Of a DNA stretch of 64,000 nt, positions 37,667 to 48,017 are shown piece by piece. This DNA is from an uncultured delta proteobacterium (GTDB lineage Bacteria > Desulfobacterota > RBG-13-43-22). Positions within the stretch are counted from its first letter, which is position 1. Each line of letters begins with the position of its first letter. Under the pieces are notes generated by a model. The model was not told where the DNA came from. It saw only the letters and a list, made by a program, of their open reading frames with translations, and did not search any database. The translations under genes and the position numbers were made by a program. The stretch lies in contig CAWBOS010000006.1 of NCBI GenBank assembly GCA_963790475.1, forward strand, positions 512,001-576,000. Direction: 5' to 3'.

Positions 37667-37808
37667 GCGACCTTTGAAAAACGCCCCCTTTTGCCCAATC
37701 TTTGCGTCAGACTCAAATTTTAATCCTCGAAATACAAAATGTATTCCTTTGGTTAAAATTTTCGTCTTCCTTGACCTTGGACAAAATTGAACATTTTTCA
37801 AAGGTCTC
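37667..37808 (-). repeat. MITE (GAGACCTTTGAAAAA...TTTTTCAAAGGTCTC family); partial copy at 37546-37588
   Basis: Terminal IR; inverted homolog of 54228-54369. Confidence 0.85.
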
Positions 37809-37929
37809 CCCCGATGGCCGGCCAAAGGGTTAAATATCGACTTCTCGTCTTTCTTTTGATATAAGCATTTTATGGTAGTTGAAAAACGGCCAAGAACTCA
37901 AGAGAAAAAAAGATGAGCCTTCTATTATC

Positions 37930-38025
37930 GATGAACTCGTAAAAAGTCGCCGAAAGCCCATCTTCGTCATTCCAACGAAAGTCGGAATCCATCCCGCGGG
38001 ATAGATGGGCCTTTTTCAGCAATCT
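37930..38025. repeat. REP-like/MITE repeat (GATGAACTCGTAAAAAGTC...GTCATTCC...GGAATCC family)
   Basis: Related copies at 44840-44995 and 56384-56490. Confidence 0.7.
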
Positions 38026-38033
38026 GTAATGGA

Positions 38034-39320
38034 TCAGGACATCCGGTTAATCCCGGCCAGGGTCGAATCGGCCACAGTTTTTAGACCGTCGGCCCTATCC
38101 CTTTCATCCCCTAATCTGGCCAGGGTTTCTTTTATCCTTTGCCGTCTTTCCTTGCGGTCTTCATTGACCAGGGGGCCGCCTCCGTGTTGTTCCCGGTATA
38201 TCCTTATCAGAAGATCGGCCATCTCCTTGGGATTGTAGCCGGAGGCCTTCCAGTGGAACAATTCTTTGATAAAACCGGTATAGGCCTTTTCCTTTAAGGC
38301 CTTAACCTGCCTGGAAAGATTCTCGGATTTTAAGATGGATTTTTTTTCACTCATGGAATAACCCAGTTCAACCAGGAGATCACGGTCGCAAAGAAAACAC
38401 AAAGGAATCATACGGGTCCCTAAAAAATCTTCCCCGTGCCCGGGCATGACCCGGATCAGGCTGAATCCGTGCTTGAGGGCCTCTTTGGCCTGAGTGTCCT
38501 GGATTCGAGGGTCTCTTCTAATCCGTTTCTGCCCGCTTATAATCCCCCTCAGTTGACGGGAGGCCATTCTCATATGCAGAGAAAAGGCCCTGAAGCTTTT
38601 GGAAAAAAGAGGACCGTGCATTAACCATAAATCACCGGAAAAGAGGATATGATTGGCCGGCCGTTCCCCGGCCGGTTGGTTATCATGACGATGGTGAAGA
38701 CTGTGCGGTCCGTAATGGACGATGATTTGGTCGGGGCTGTGCATGGTGTCGCTCTCGGGACAAGCCAGGATCTCCAGGTGGCCGGCGCCTCCAATAGGAA
38801 TGGATTTAGAGAGGAAGGGAAAATCCAGGCCATCGATAGCCGCTGACGGATTGCCTTCACGGGGAGATAGATATTCAACACGGCACCGGCGAAGCCGGGC
38901 AGGTTCAAACCCTCTTAACCACAGCCGGTCTTCCGCGGTTAAAGGTCCTTCGATGAAATTCCGGAAGTTGGCATGGACCAGGATGGTTGCGCCGGATTTT
39001 AGGGCCAGCAGATCGGACAGACCGCAATGATCGTGATGACGATGGGTGATCATAATTCTTTCAATCCCTTCGGGATTTATTCCTTGATCCACCAAAATAG
39101 ACTCTATCCGGTCCCGATACATGGGATCCCCGGTATCAATCAAGGTGTGACGCCTGGCCCCCTTGTGGTGATAGCTGAAAACATAGAAGTTCGCGCCACG
39201 ATTGAAAAAGAAACAGGTCAGAACCGTACCGGCATCATCCACCGGCTCGGAGGTGACTTTAAAAGGATCTTCAGGCTGGTTGGCGATTACTTTTGCGGAA
39301 ATAGGGTCAGGATCGGTCAT
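38034..39320 (-). CDS. Metallo-beta-lactamase fold hydrolase
   Basis: LIDTG, THRHHDHCG, HSPD, FSGD, PGHG. Confidence 0.88.
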   Translation of the reverse strand: MTDPDPISAKVIANQPEDPFKVTSEPVDDAGTVLTCFFFNRGANFYVFSYHHKGARRHTLIDTGDPMYRDRIESILVDQGINPEGIERIMITHRHHDHCGLSDLLALKSGATILVHANFRNFIEGPLTAEDRLWLRGFEPARLRRCRVEYLSPREGNPSAAIDGLDFPFLSKSIPIGGAGHLEILACPESDTMHSPDQIIVHYGPHSLHHRHDNQPAGERPANHILFSGDLWLMHGPLFSKSFRAFSLHMRMASRQLRGIISGQKRIRRDPRIQDTQAKEALKHGFSLIRVMPGHGEDFLGTRMIPLCFLCDRDLLVELGYSMSEKKSILKSENLSRQVKALKEKAYTGFIKELFHWKASGYNPKEMADLLIRIYREQHGGGPLVNEDRKERRQRIKETLARLGDERDRADGLKTVADSTLAGINRMS

Positions 39321-40027
39321 TTTTCTTCTCTTGGTTTTGGGAAGCTGTTTATTGTAATGGGAAACGGCGTTCGGGAAGGTCGTTGGTCCATGAAGAAAGA
39401 CATTGGTCTTTGGAGACGTTTAAATCCTATGTGAACGCTTTGAGATGGACTGAGTATAAAATAGCCCATTGGAGTGGTCAAGAAGAAAAAATGAAGGCAA
39501 GCTTTTGATTTTCAGTTTTAAGAATATTGAAGGCTGGTAATTAAGCGTATAGGTCAATCGTATTTTGTTTCTGCGGTTTTCTTCGGGCAAGATTATGGTA
39601 TTGACTAAAAGCATTTTTCAACCGGAAGTCAGGCGGGTGAGGAAATTGGTTTGACAGGTCAGGCTGATCAACAATTTCCTGAAATTCAACGTCGATAAAA
39701 CGGAAATTTCCAAAAAATGAATACCCTTTGATTAAAAGCGCTTGAGCGGAAGCCGTTTGAGCGGCTGGAGACGTCTCTTGGGAAGGCTGTGGCCCCAGGT
39801 CAGGTTTTTCCCTGAAGGGGCGCTGTGAGGATCTGGAAGGTACGAGGGGAAAATTCATTAACATCCACAGCCGTTTTTTGTTAACTCCTTGAGTTGCCTG
39901 GTAAAAACATAACCTTGTCTCTAAATCCCATTTTTTGTATTTAATATTTAATCAAAACCTGATAAAAAGGTCAATAAAAAAATGCGGTTACAGCAAATCC
40001 GGTTTGAATTAAACAAACGAGGGAAAA

Positions 40028-41290
40028 ATGGATAAACCCAAGTTGCATTATGGATGGATCGTAATCCTTATGGGCCTTTTGGTCCTGATCGGGGCCCATG
40101 GATTTGGACGTATGTCTTATACCTTGATCCTTCCGGCCATGAAAGACGGGCTACATTTTACTTATACCCAACTGGGACTGATCGGCACCGGGAATTTTAT
40201 CGGCTATTTGTTTATGGCCTTGATCGGCGGGGCCTTGGCCGCGCGTTTCGGGTCGCGCTTGACCATCACCCTGGGCCTGGTCTTTATGGGGGTGACCATG
40301 TTTATGACCGGTCTGACCCAGGATTTTGAGATGGCTTTTACCATGCGACTGCTGACCGGCTTGGGTCACGGGGCCGCCTACATCCCGGCCATGGCTTTGG
40401 GTTCGGCCTGGTTCGCCACCCGACGGCGGGGCCTGGCTACCGGCATTGTAACCGCCGGAACCGGAATCGGCACTGTGATTGCCAGCTTGGTCATCCCCAT
40501 CATCCTCAAGTCCCAAGGGGTCGAGGGATGGCGTTATACCTGGTATTTACTGGGTGGGGCCATGCTTATTATCGCTGTTCTGGTCGGCCTGTTCATTCGG
40601 AGCCGGCCGGAAGATATGGACCTCCGCCAGGTGGGAGCAGAGGCAGACACCCCTAAGTTACCACAGGCTTCTTCGTCATCCAAAATCCTGAATTGGGGAG
40701 AGGTTTATAAAGTCAAGGCCGTCTGGTATCTGGGCTTGGTTTATTTCATGTACGGCTTTTCTTATATTATTTATATGACTTTTTTTGCCGCCTACCTGAT
40801 CAAAGAGTTGGGAATGACCCCGGCCAAGGCGGGGGGTTTATGGGCCCTGGCCGGGGGATTAAGTATTCTGTGCGGGGTAATCTGGGGAGGCCTTTCGGAT
40901 TATCTGGGCCGAGCCAGAGGGGCGGCCTTGGCTTATCTGATCCTGACGATCTCTTATCTCTTATTCGCCCTGATCCAGTCCGCCCCGGGGTATTATTTAT
41001 CGGCCGTGTTTTTCGGCCTCAGCGCCTGGAGCATACCGACTATCATGGCCGCCACTGCCGGTGATATCGTTGGCCCCAGACTGGCCCCGGCCGGTCTCGG
41101 TTTTGTCACCCTCTTTTTCGGTATAGGCCAGGCCCTGGGACCGATGATCGGCGGCTTTCTTTCAGATGTCACCCATTCCTTTTCCATCCCCTTCCTTTTG
41201 GCCGGCGGGGTTTCCATCCTCGGCGGCCTGATGGCTTTGGGAATCAAAACCAAAACAAGATCATCCGCCAATCTTCCAGAGAAGCTTTGA
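40028..41290 (+). CDS. MFS transporter (YbfB/YjiJ-like)
   Basis: GFGRMSYTLILPAM; about 12 TM segments. Confidence 0.9.
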   Translation: MDKPKLHYGWIVILMGLLVLIGAHGFGRMSYTLILPAMKDGLHFTYTQLGLIGTGNFIGYLFMALIGGALAARFGSRLTITLGLVFMGVTMFMTGLTQDFEMAFTMRLLTGLGHGAAYIPAMALGSAWFATRRRGLATGIVTAGTGIGTVIASLVIPIILKSQGVEGWRYTWYLLGGAMLIIAVLVGLFIRSRPEDMDLRQVGAEADTPKLPQASSSSKILNWGEVYKVKAVWYLGLVYFMYGFSYIIYMTFFAAYLIKELGMTPAKAGGLWALAGGLSILCGVIWGGLSDYLGRARGAALAYLILTISYLLFALIQSAPGYYLSAVFFGLSAWSIPTIMAATAGDIVGPRLAPAGLGFVTLFFGIGQALGPMIGGFLSDVTHSFSIPFLLAGGVSILGGLMALGIKTKTRSSANLPEKL

Positions 41291-41379
41291 ACCTCTTGCC
41301 TTGTCTTAATATTTTTGTAACAATTTTGCACTTTGAAAAAGGGTAAGAATAATTCTGGCTCCAATGATTCCAAAGACTA

Positions 41380-41458
41380 AATCCCCCTCGATCCCCCTTT
41401 TCCAAAGGGGGAAGCTTGACCCCTCCCTTTGAAAAAGGGAGGTCGGGAGGGATTTTTT
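41380..41458. repeat. Palindromic CCCCCTTT..AAAGGGGG intergenic repeat
   Basis: Two hairpins between convergent genes; partial copy near 50340. Confidence 0.6.
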
Positions 41459-41534
41459 ATGGTTTTTCAAACAGCTAAATTGATACGTATTTTTTAAGAA
41501 AGGATAAATCGTCTCTCAAACAGGTATCGGGCGT

Positions 41535-43040
41535 TTAACAAAAAAATGGGGCATGATTGGAGGTGAAAAAAGGAGGGTTCCGGCGGAGGATGGGGGCAAT
41601 GGCCGGATGTCTTTTAAATTCCCGATCCAGAAATTGGCGGACTATGTTGCGGTGCCACCCCAGAGGGTGCCGAAACTGCCGGTAAAGGGAGAGATCCCCC
41701 TCATAAAAATCTTCTGTTTCCATATTCATCGAGTCAAGGCTATGGATGGGCAGATTGAAAATGGCCAGATTCAAAAATCCGATCGACTGGTGATGTCGAA
41801 CAATGAAATCAAGGGTATGCCTGGCCCGCAAGAGGTCTTCGGCCGGCGTTCCGAATAACAAATACACGTAAGAGGCCACCCCAGCTTTTTTTAAATTCCG
41901 CAAGACCGTCGATGCCCTGCCCAGGTCAATCCCCTTGCCCATGCGGTCCAGGACCGTTTGATCCCCTGATTCCAAGCCCAGTTTGAGCATCAGACACCCC
42001 GAACGCTTTAAGGCCAGGCAAAAATCCAGGTCGGTCAACTCGTCGTACAGGCGAGCAAAACCATACCAGGGGGCTGAGATGGGGGTTTGGCACAACTGCC
42101 TGAGCAAAGCCGGGCTTACCGCATTATCAAGCAGGTGAACCAAAACGGGTTTTGTTTCCGGAATGAGGGCCTCCAGATCGGTGATAACCTGGCGGGGCGG
42201 GATCGGTCGATACTGATTTCCTTCGGCGCACTCGGGGCAAAAGGAACAACGATTCCAATAGCAGCCGCTGGAGGCGCTGTAGGGAAGAATAAATCCGGGA
42301 GACAGATAACGGCTTCCGGAAAAGACCGCATAATCCGGTCGGTAATCGGCTTCGGTCGTCTCTATCCCTTGACTGGAGAGCAAGGGTTTCTCCCCCGGCC
42401 CGGGAATCAGCTCATCAATCAGCCCGGCAAATGGATTACGCCATCGGGGGCCGGACATCCAGGAGGTAACCAATCCGCCGCCCATGATGATCTTCAGGCC
42501 CGGGGCCCTTTTACGTATATATCCGGCCATGGCCAAGGCGCACAAGGCCTGGCTGAGGTAATTAAGGGAAAAACCGATCAGAGAAGGTTGCCGGTCTTTG
42601 AGCAAGCCATCGAGGCGGGCACTGAAGTAATCGAAAAAGGGGTTTTGCTCGGGATTTTCCGCAGCCCGGATCAGATCTGCGCTGCGGACCGGGGAAAACC
42701 GCTGGTCTGTGTAATTGACCAGCGTCAATGCTCCATCAAATTGGGGCGGGGCTTTTTGCACGATCCGGTTAATGTCCATCACGGTTTTTTTATAACGATC
42801 CAGGTTCATAAAGGCTTGGCCGTCGAATAGGGCCGCCATATTGGAATGAAGGTGGCGGGCAGCCCGCCGGGTCCACGGGTCGGGGCCATCTACCGGCTTA
42901 TCAATACGGTGGAGGAGGGCCTCGATATTGGCGTCAATGAGGTGATGGCTGATGTGGTGGCGGGTCAAGGCACCGGCCAACTTGGCCAGGCCGGCAGGGG
43001 GTTCGCCCGGCTTAGCCACCGGAGGATAGATCAATAGCAT
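41535..43040 (-). CDS. B12-binding-type radical SAM protein
   Basis: GCYWNRCSFC (CX3CX2C), GLESGD..L..M.KG. Confidence 0.88.
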   Translation of the reverse strand: MLLIYPPVAKPGEPPAGLAKLAGALTRHHISHHLIDANIEALLHRIDKPVDGPDPWTRRAARHLHSNMAALFDGQAFMNLDRYKKTVMDINRIVQKAPPQFDGALTLVNYTDQRFSPVRSADLIRAAENPEQNPFFDYFSARLDGLLKDRQPSLIGFSLNYLSQALCALAMAGYIRKRAPGLKIIMGGGLVTSWMSGPRWRNPFAGLIDELIPGPGEKPLLSSQGIETTEADYRPDYAVFSGSRYLSPGFILPYSASSGCYWNRCSFCPECAEGNQYRPIPPRQVITDLEALIPETKPVLVHLLDNAVSPALLRQLCQTPISAPWYGFARLYDELTDLDFCLALKRSGCLMLKLGLESGDQTVLDRMGKGIDLGRASTVLRNLKKAGVASYVYLLFGTPAEDLLRARHTLDFIVRHHQSIGFLNLAIFNLPIHSLDSMNMETEDFYEGDLSLYRQFRHPLGWHRNIVRQFLDREFKRHPAIAPILRRNPPFFTSNHAPFFC

Positions 43041-43391
43041 GGGGTCCTTATTTCCTGAACTATTTTGACTCGGGTTTCCTTAATTCTCAAATTTCTGCTG
43101 GCGTCCCTGCAGAGTGTCATCAATTTATGCGCTGTGGCAGTCAGACCCTCAAGAGGTTGAATATCTAACGTTGAGCTATTTAGCAAGCTATAATTTTACC
43201 GAACGGACATACCAGAAAAAACCTCCTTGCTCCTGAGAAAAAAATCATGCCTGTGAATTTGTCTAAAGTGAAGAGAGCCAGAAAATAGAAATGTCTTGAC
43301 TTACAAATTCGCCATCACCTATATTTTACACTTCAAAATAAAATCATGATTGATCCGTTATGCCGGAAGATTTTTTTAAGGAGGTTCGCCA

Positions 43392-44831
43392 TTGTCTCAC
43401 CCTTTGGAGAAACTTTTAAACCCGGGATCCATCGCCGTTGTCGGATCCTCCAACAACCCCAACTCGGCCGGATATAACTTTACGGCTTCGCTCCTCAAGT
43501 ACGGTTTTAAAGGAAAGATTTATCCGGTGAATCCGAGATATTCAGAGATCCTGGGTCTTAAGGCCTACCCGACCGTAAGAGACATCCCCAGTTCAGTGGA
43601 TTATGTCATCTCCGCAGTATCTGCCCCGCTGGTTCCGGCTATGATGGAAGACTGCTCGCATAAAGGAGTTAAGCTAATACATCTTTTTACCGCCCGGTTC
43701 AGCGAGACCGGTCGACCGGATGCCGCCAAACTGGAGCAGGAAGTGCTTCAATTGGCCAAAGGTTACGGCATACGTCTGATTGGCCCGAACTGCATGGGTC
43801 TCTTTTTCCCACGTTTGGGAATCTCTTTTAGTGATGCCATGCCTCATGAGCAGTCCGGCCCGGTGGGGCTGATCTCTCAGAGCGGTCAGGCGGTAGAAGA
43901 AATCGTCCGTTCGGCCTCCCTGATGGGCGTTTATTTCAGCAAAGCGATCAGTTATGGAAACGCTCTGGATTTCAATGAGTGTGATTTCTTGGACTACCTG
44001 GCCCAGGACCGGGAGACCAGGTTGATCTTGATGTATATCGAAGGACTGCGAGACGGCCGCAGATTCTTCGAGGCCTTGCGTAAAGCAACGGCCTTAAAAC
44101 CGGTGGTGATACTCAAAGGCGGCCGGGGTCAGGCGGGGGCTCGAGCAGTCGCATCCCACACCGCTTCTTTGGCCGGGTCCGCTGATTTGTTGGAAGCCGC
44201 TCTGGCCCAGGCCGGCGCTGTTTCCGCGGACAGCATGGAGGAATTCATCGACCTGGCGGTCACCTTTCACTATTTGCCGCCGATGAAGGATTTTGGAGTC
44301 GGGGTGGTCGGAGGGGCCGGCGGCGCCAGTGTACTGGCAGCGGATCAATGCGAGGCAGCCGGTCTGGATGTGATCCCCATACCGCCTGAGATTCGGGAGG
44401 AACTTAAGAACAAAGGGATCAGCATCTGGGACTGGATCGGCAATCCTGTGGACCATTCCATCCGGGAGGACACCAACTTCAATCACGGCAATATCGTGGA
44501 GATGATGGCCAGGAATGATAAATTTGATCTTTTGATCATTATGTTCAATGAACCCCATCATGAAAGACAAAGAGGAATGACGGCTGACAATTACCTCGAA
44601 GAATATCGCTTTGAGGACTATAAACCGAAACCGGTGATGGCGATAGTTCCGGACCGATGTCTGGGCATCGACCACTATGCGGACTGGAACTGGAAGATCA
44701 TTTACGAGATGAGGACCAAGCTTTTGGCCGGCGGTATTCCTTTCTATTCTTCGATCGGCCGGGCGGCGAGAGCAGCAAAAAAGGTCGTCGAATATTACCA
44801 AAAGGTTGGGAAAGTCAGTTCATTGAAGTAA
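43392..44831 (+). CDS. Acyl-CoA synthetase (NDP-forming) alpha-like CoA-binding protein
   Basis: IAVVGSS, IGPNCMG, ISQSG, ASHTASLAG (phospho-His). Confidence 0.88.
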   Translation: MSHPLEKLLNPGSIAVVGSSNNPNSAGYNFTASLLKYGFKGKIYPVNPRYSEILGLKAYPTVRDIPSSVDYVISAVSAPLVPAMMEDCSHKGVKLIHLFTARFSETGRPDAAKLEQEVLQLAKGYGIRLIGPNCMGLFFPRLGISFSDAMPHEQSGPVGLISQSGQAVEEIVRSASLMGVYFSKAISYGNALDFNECDFLDYLAQDRETRLILMYIEGLRDGRRFFEALRKATALKPVVILKGGRGQAGARAVASHTASLAGSADLLEAALAQAGAVSADSMEEFIDLAVTFHYLPPMKDFGVGVVGGAGGASVLAADQCEAAGLDVIPIPPEIREELKNKGISIWDWIGNPVDHSIREDTNFNHGNIVEMMARNDKFDLLIIMFNEPHHERQRGMTADNYLEEYRFEDYKPKPVMAIVPDRCLGIDHYADWNWKIIYEMRTKLLAGGIPFYSSIGRAARAAKKVVEYYQKVGKVSSLK

Positions 44832-44839
44832 GTAATGTT

Positions 44840-44995
44840 AACAAGTTCGTAAAAAGTCGACGAAACCTGAGTTGTGTCATTCCGGTCCCGCATCAGGTGC
44901 GGGATAGACTCCAGCCGGAATCCAGTAATTTATTGTAGTTGAAATTTTCCTGGACCCCGGCTTTCGCCGGGGTGACGAATTTTACGATTCCATCA
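44840..44995. repeat. REP-like/MITE repeat
   Basis: TCGTAAAAAGTC...GTCATTCCGG...CCGGAATCCAG...CTGGACCCCGGCTTTCGCCGGGGTGAC...TTTTACGA. Confidence 0.75.
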
Positions 44996-45054
44996 ATTTA
45001 AGGATAAAAACTAAATTAACCGAACCAAAAGTTCGAATACTGAGAGGAGAAATT

Positions 45055-45855
45055 ATGAGTGGACGATTAAATGGAAAGATAGCAGTCATTACCGGGGGGA
45101 CCAGCGGTATTGGTGAAGCCACGGCCGAAGTGTTCGCGGCTGAGGGTGCCAAAGTCGTTATCGCCGGCCGTTCGGAAGAAAAGGGAACCCAAATTGCAAA
45201 ACGTTTGGGTTCAAACGTTGTTTATCAACGAACCGACGTCACCAGCGAGCAGGAAATAAAGGCCTTAATTGATGCGGCCGTAGCCCGTTTCGGGCGTCTG
45301 GACTGCCTGTTCAATAATGCCGGCGGTCCCACCCCCGGGACCCTGGAAACCGTAACCCAAGAAAATTTAATTTACAGCATGAACCTGCTACTGGGCGGCC
45401 CCATTTTTGGGATCAAGTACGCTACGCCGGTGATGAAGGCTCAAGGTGGGGGCTGTATTATCAATACCTCAAGCATCGCCGCTATAAGAACAAATCAGGG
45501 CCAATACCTATACAGCGTGGCTAAAGCCGGGGTGACCCAACTGACTAAATTGGCCGGCGTGGAACTCGGCCCCTTTGGTATTCGGGTAAATTGTATCTCG
45601 CCCGGGGCTATCGCCACTCCGATTTTTTGGGGCGGTTCCCAGGTGGCGAATACCCTCGATCCGGCAGCCAATGCCCGTAAAATGGAAAAACTGAAACAAA
45701 ACCTGATCAAGGCTACACCCTTGGGAAGGGCCGGGCTGGATAAAGATATCGCCATGGCAGCCCTCTTCCTGGCCAGCGATGAAGGAAGTTTCGTAAACTG
45801 CCACGACCTTGTGGTGGACGGCGGCAGGACTTCGTTATTTTACAACGCCCTTTAG
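45055..45855 (+). CDS. Short-chain dehydrogenase/reductase
   Basis: TGGTSGIG, NNAG, YSVAK. Confidence 0.93.
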   Translation: MSGRLNGKIAVITGGTSGIGEATAEVFAAEGAKVVIAGRSEEKGTQIAKRLGSNVVYQRTDVTSEQEIKALIDAAVARFGRLDCLFNNAGGPTPGTLETVTQENLIYSMNLLLGGPIFGIKYATPVMKAQGGGCIINTSSIAAIRTNQGQYLYSVAKAGVTQLTKLAGVELGPFGIRVNCISPGAIATPIFWGGSQVANTLDPAANARKMEKLKQNLIKATPLGRAGLDKDIAMAALFLASDEGSFVNCHDLVVDGGRTSLFYNAL

Positions 45856-46181
45856 AACTCATACAGGCAATAGGCAATAGGCGAGAGGCTATAGGAAAAT
45901 AAAAAATCGGAAAACAGGATGTCCTAAGCCCCTTATCTATCGCCCCCGTGAAGGTTTTTCATGCTTTGTGGAGACCCTTTGGGGCATGCGGATAAATCTA
46001 AAAAGAGTGCTCGATGATTACTGGTTTCGAGGATTCAAGGGTTTTAACTTCCATGCTTTTCCCTTGAGCCCTAGAACCCATGACTCCTTGAACCCTTAAA
46101 ATAATTTTTATACTTCGTGTCGCCCCCGGGGCATATGAGTTAGTAAAAAGCAATCTACCGAATTCCATAAGGAGGAATCTC

Positions 46182-46754
46182 ATGAAAAAGTCCATCGGTG
46201 CAAAAACCGTGGTTTACCCCACCCCAGTCTTTGTGGTGGGGACTTATAACCAGGAAGGCAAACCCAACGTCATGACCGCGGCCTGGGGCGGAATTTGCTG
46301 TTCCGTTCCCCCTTGCGTAGCGATTGCCCTGCGGGAGGCGACCTACACCTACGGCAATCTAATAACGCAAAAAGCCTTCACCATCAGCCTGCCCAGCGAG
46401 TCGTATCTCAAGGAAGCGGATTACTTCGGCATGGCTTCCGGAAAAAACGAAGACAAATTCGCTGCCACAGGGCTTACGCCCATCAAGAGCGATCTGGTGA
46501 ATGCCCCTTACGTCAAGGAGTTCCCTTTTGTATTGGAGTGCAAGGTGATCCACCACTTCAAAATCGGTTTGCACACCCAATTCATCGGTGAAATCCTGGA
46601 CATCAAGGTGGAGGAAGAGGTGCTGGGCGAGAAAGGGCCGGACATCACCAAGATAAAACCGGTTCTCTGGGCTCCGGACAGTCGGGGTTATTACGGAGTC
46701 GGCCATTTATTGGGAAAAGCTTTTTCACTGGGTAAGGATTTTTTAAAAGAATAG
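46182..46754 (+). CDS. Flavin reductase-like protein
   Basis: [23 protein letters not shown]. Confidence 0.9.
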   Translation: MKKSIGAKTVVYPTPVFVVGTYNQEGKPNVMTAAWGGICCSVPPCVAIALREATYTYGNLITQKAFTISLPSESYLKEADYFGMASGKNEDKFAATGLTPIKSDLVNAPYVKEFPFVLECKVIHHFKIGLHTQFIGEILDIKVEEEVLGEKGPDITKIKPVLWAPDSRGYYGVGHLLGKAFSLGKDFLKE

Positions 46755-46835
46755 AATTAAACAATCTTTTTCTGAAAGAAAATATTTTCGTATCAATTTT
46801 GCTTTTTGAAATGATTTCATTTAAATCAGAATCTA

Positions 46836-47027
46836 TTCACCACAGAGACACCGAGGACACAGAGAAGTTCTCTTTTTCTTCGGCGGGAGAAACCGCCAAA
46901 GAAAAACCAACCTGTCGCTTCGCGAACAAGACACCGGGTGCCGCAGACAGACTGGTTTTCAAGAATCGGCATTCCCCGATTTTTGAAAAAACAAGAGTCT
47001 CTGTGCTCTCTGTGTCTCTGTGGTGAA
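46836..47027. repeat. Uninterrupted member of the IS110 target repeat family
   Basis: TTCACCACAGAGACACCGAGGACACAGAGA...TCTCTGTGCTCTCTGTGTCTCTGTGGTGAA. Confidence 0.8.
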
Positions 47028-47083
47028 AAGAGTTTCAAACACCTGAAGGAAGACAAATTTTTTTTCATTGTGTTCTAAAATTC

Positions 47084-47944
47084 TCAATTGTCGAGCATCC
47101 CCCATCGCTTAAATTCGGCCATGATCTTCGAAGCCTCTTGAACCATCTCGTCAATGTACTGTTTCACAGATTTAACCGAGGTGACCACTCCGGCGGCCAG
47201 GGAGTGTTGTCCTCCGTGATCCATGTGGTAAACCTTCCTGCGGAACTCGGCATCCAGGATGTCCTGCCCGACAATCTTATTTTTAAGTTTGTCCGGGACG
47301 TTAAATTCCTTTGTAGCCATAAAGGCGGTCCCCATGTAGATGCCTACGGCACCCATAGCCAGAGCAGCGACAAGGCCTCGCGCATCGCCGATTCCTCCGG
47401 CGGCGATCAAAGGTACTTTAATAAGACGCCTGCCCATGGTCATGTTGACAAGGGTTGTGTTCTGGTTGGGGTTTTTGTAGCCTGTCCCTTCCAGGCCGAC
47501 GATGACCACGGCATCAACCCCCTTTTGGGCTATGGATACGGCGTGTTCGATCGTCGCACACTTATGAATCCAGTTGCACCCTTTTTCCTTAAATCTGTGC
47601 CCGATAACAGACCCGTCATAAGCCGAGGTAAAGACGGTCCGTATCCCTTCCTCCATGGTTATCTTGACGAATTCTTCATGATAGGCATTGTCGAACTTGG
47701 TGTCCTTCATTAAGGTGAAGTTGACGGCAAAGGGTTTGTCGGTCATCGACTTAGCCCGTTTGATGTCTTCGGCAAAGGCCTCCGGGTTCTTGTAGCAAAT
47801 TGTGGTCAGAATACCGAGACCGCCGGCTTCAGAAACGGGTGCGGCTATTTGGGAGGTCCCGGTTCCCGGCCAGCCGAAGGCCCCTTGAATGATGGGGTAT
47901 TGAACCCCAAGCATCCTGGTCAGTACATTATCGAATTTCATCAA
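47084..47944 (-). CDS. Nitronate monooxygenase/FabK-like flavoprotein
   Basis: YPIIQG, AGGLG, IAAGGIGDARG, MGTAF. Confidence 0.88.
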   Translation of the reverse strand: MMKFDNVLTRMLGVQYPIIQGAFGWPGTGTSQIAAPVSEAGGLGILTTICYKNPEAFAEDIKRAKSMTDKPFAVNFTLMKDTKFDNAYHEEFVKITMEEGIRTVFTSAYDGSVIGHRFKEKGCNWIHKCATIEHAVSIAQKGVDAVVIVGLEGTGYKNPNQNTTLVNMTMGRRLIKVPLIAAGGIGDARGLVAALAMGAVGIYMGTAFMATKEFNVPDKLKNKIVGQDILDAEFRRKVYHMDHGGQHSLAAGVVTSVKSVKQYIDEMVQEASKIMAEFKRWGMLDN

Positions 47945-48017
47945 TCGCTCCTCTCATTCTTGTCGTCGCCCTCAAGAAAGGAATTTCAATTTAAATATTC
48001 CGGATTTCCCCGGTCGA

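Noticed and set aside
39321-40027. Possible oriC or riboswitch in the long intergenic gap
   Set aside because: Only one degenerate DnaA-box-like word (ACATCCACA) and short hairpins; no recognisable aptamer.
43162-43185. attC-like ATCTAACGTTGAGCT
   Set aside because: No matching L'/R' boxes downstream.
45864-46100. Short 7-8-mer tandem repeats (AGGCAAT; CCTTGAAC-like), also at ~8406
   Set aside because: Common low-complexity intergenic motifs with no unique spacers or associated genes.
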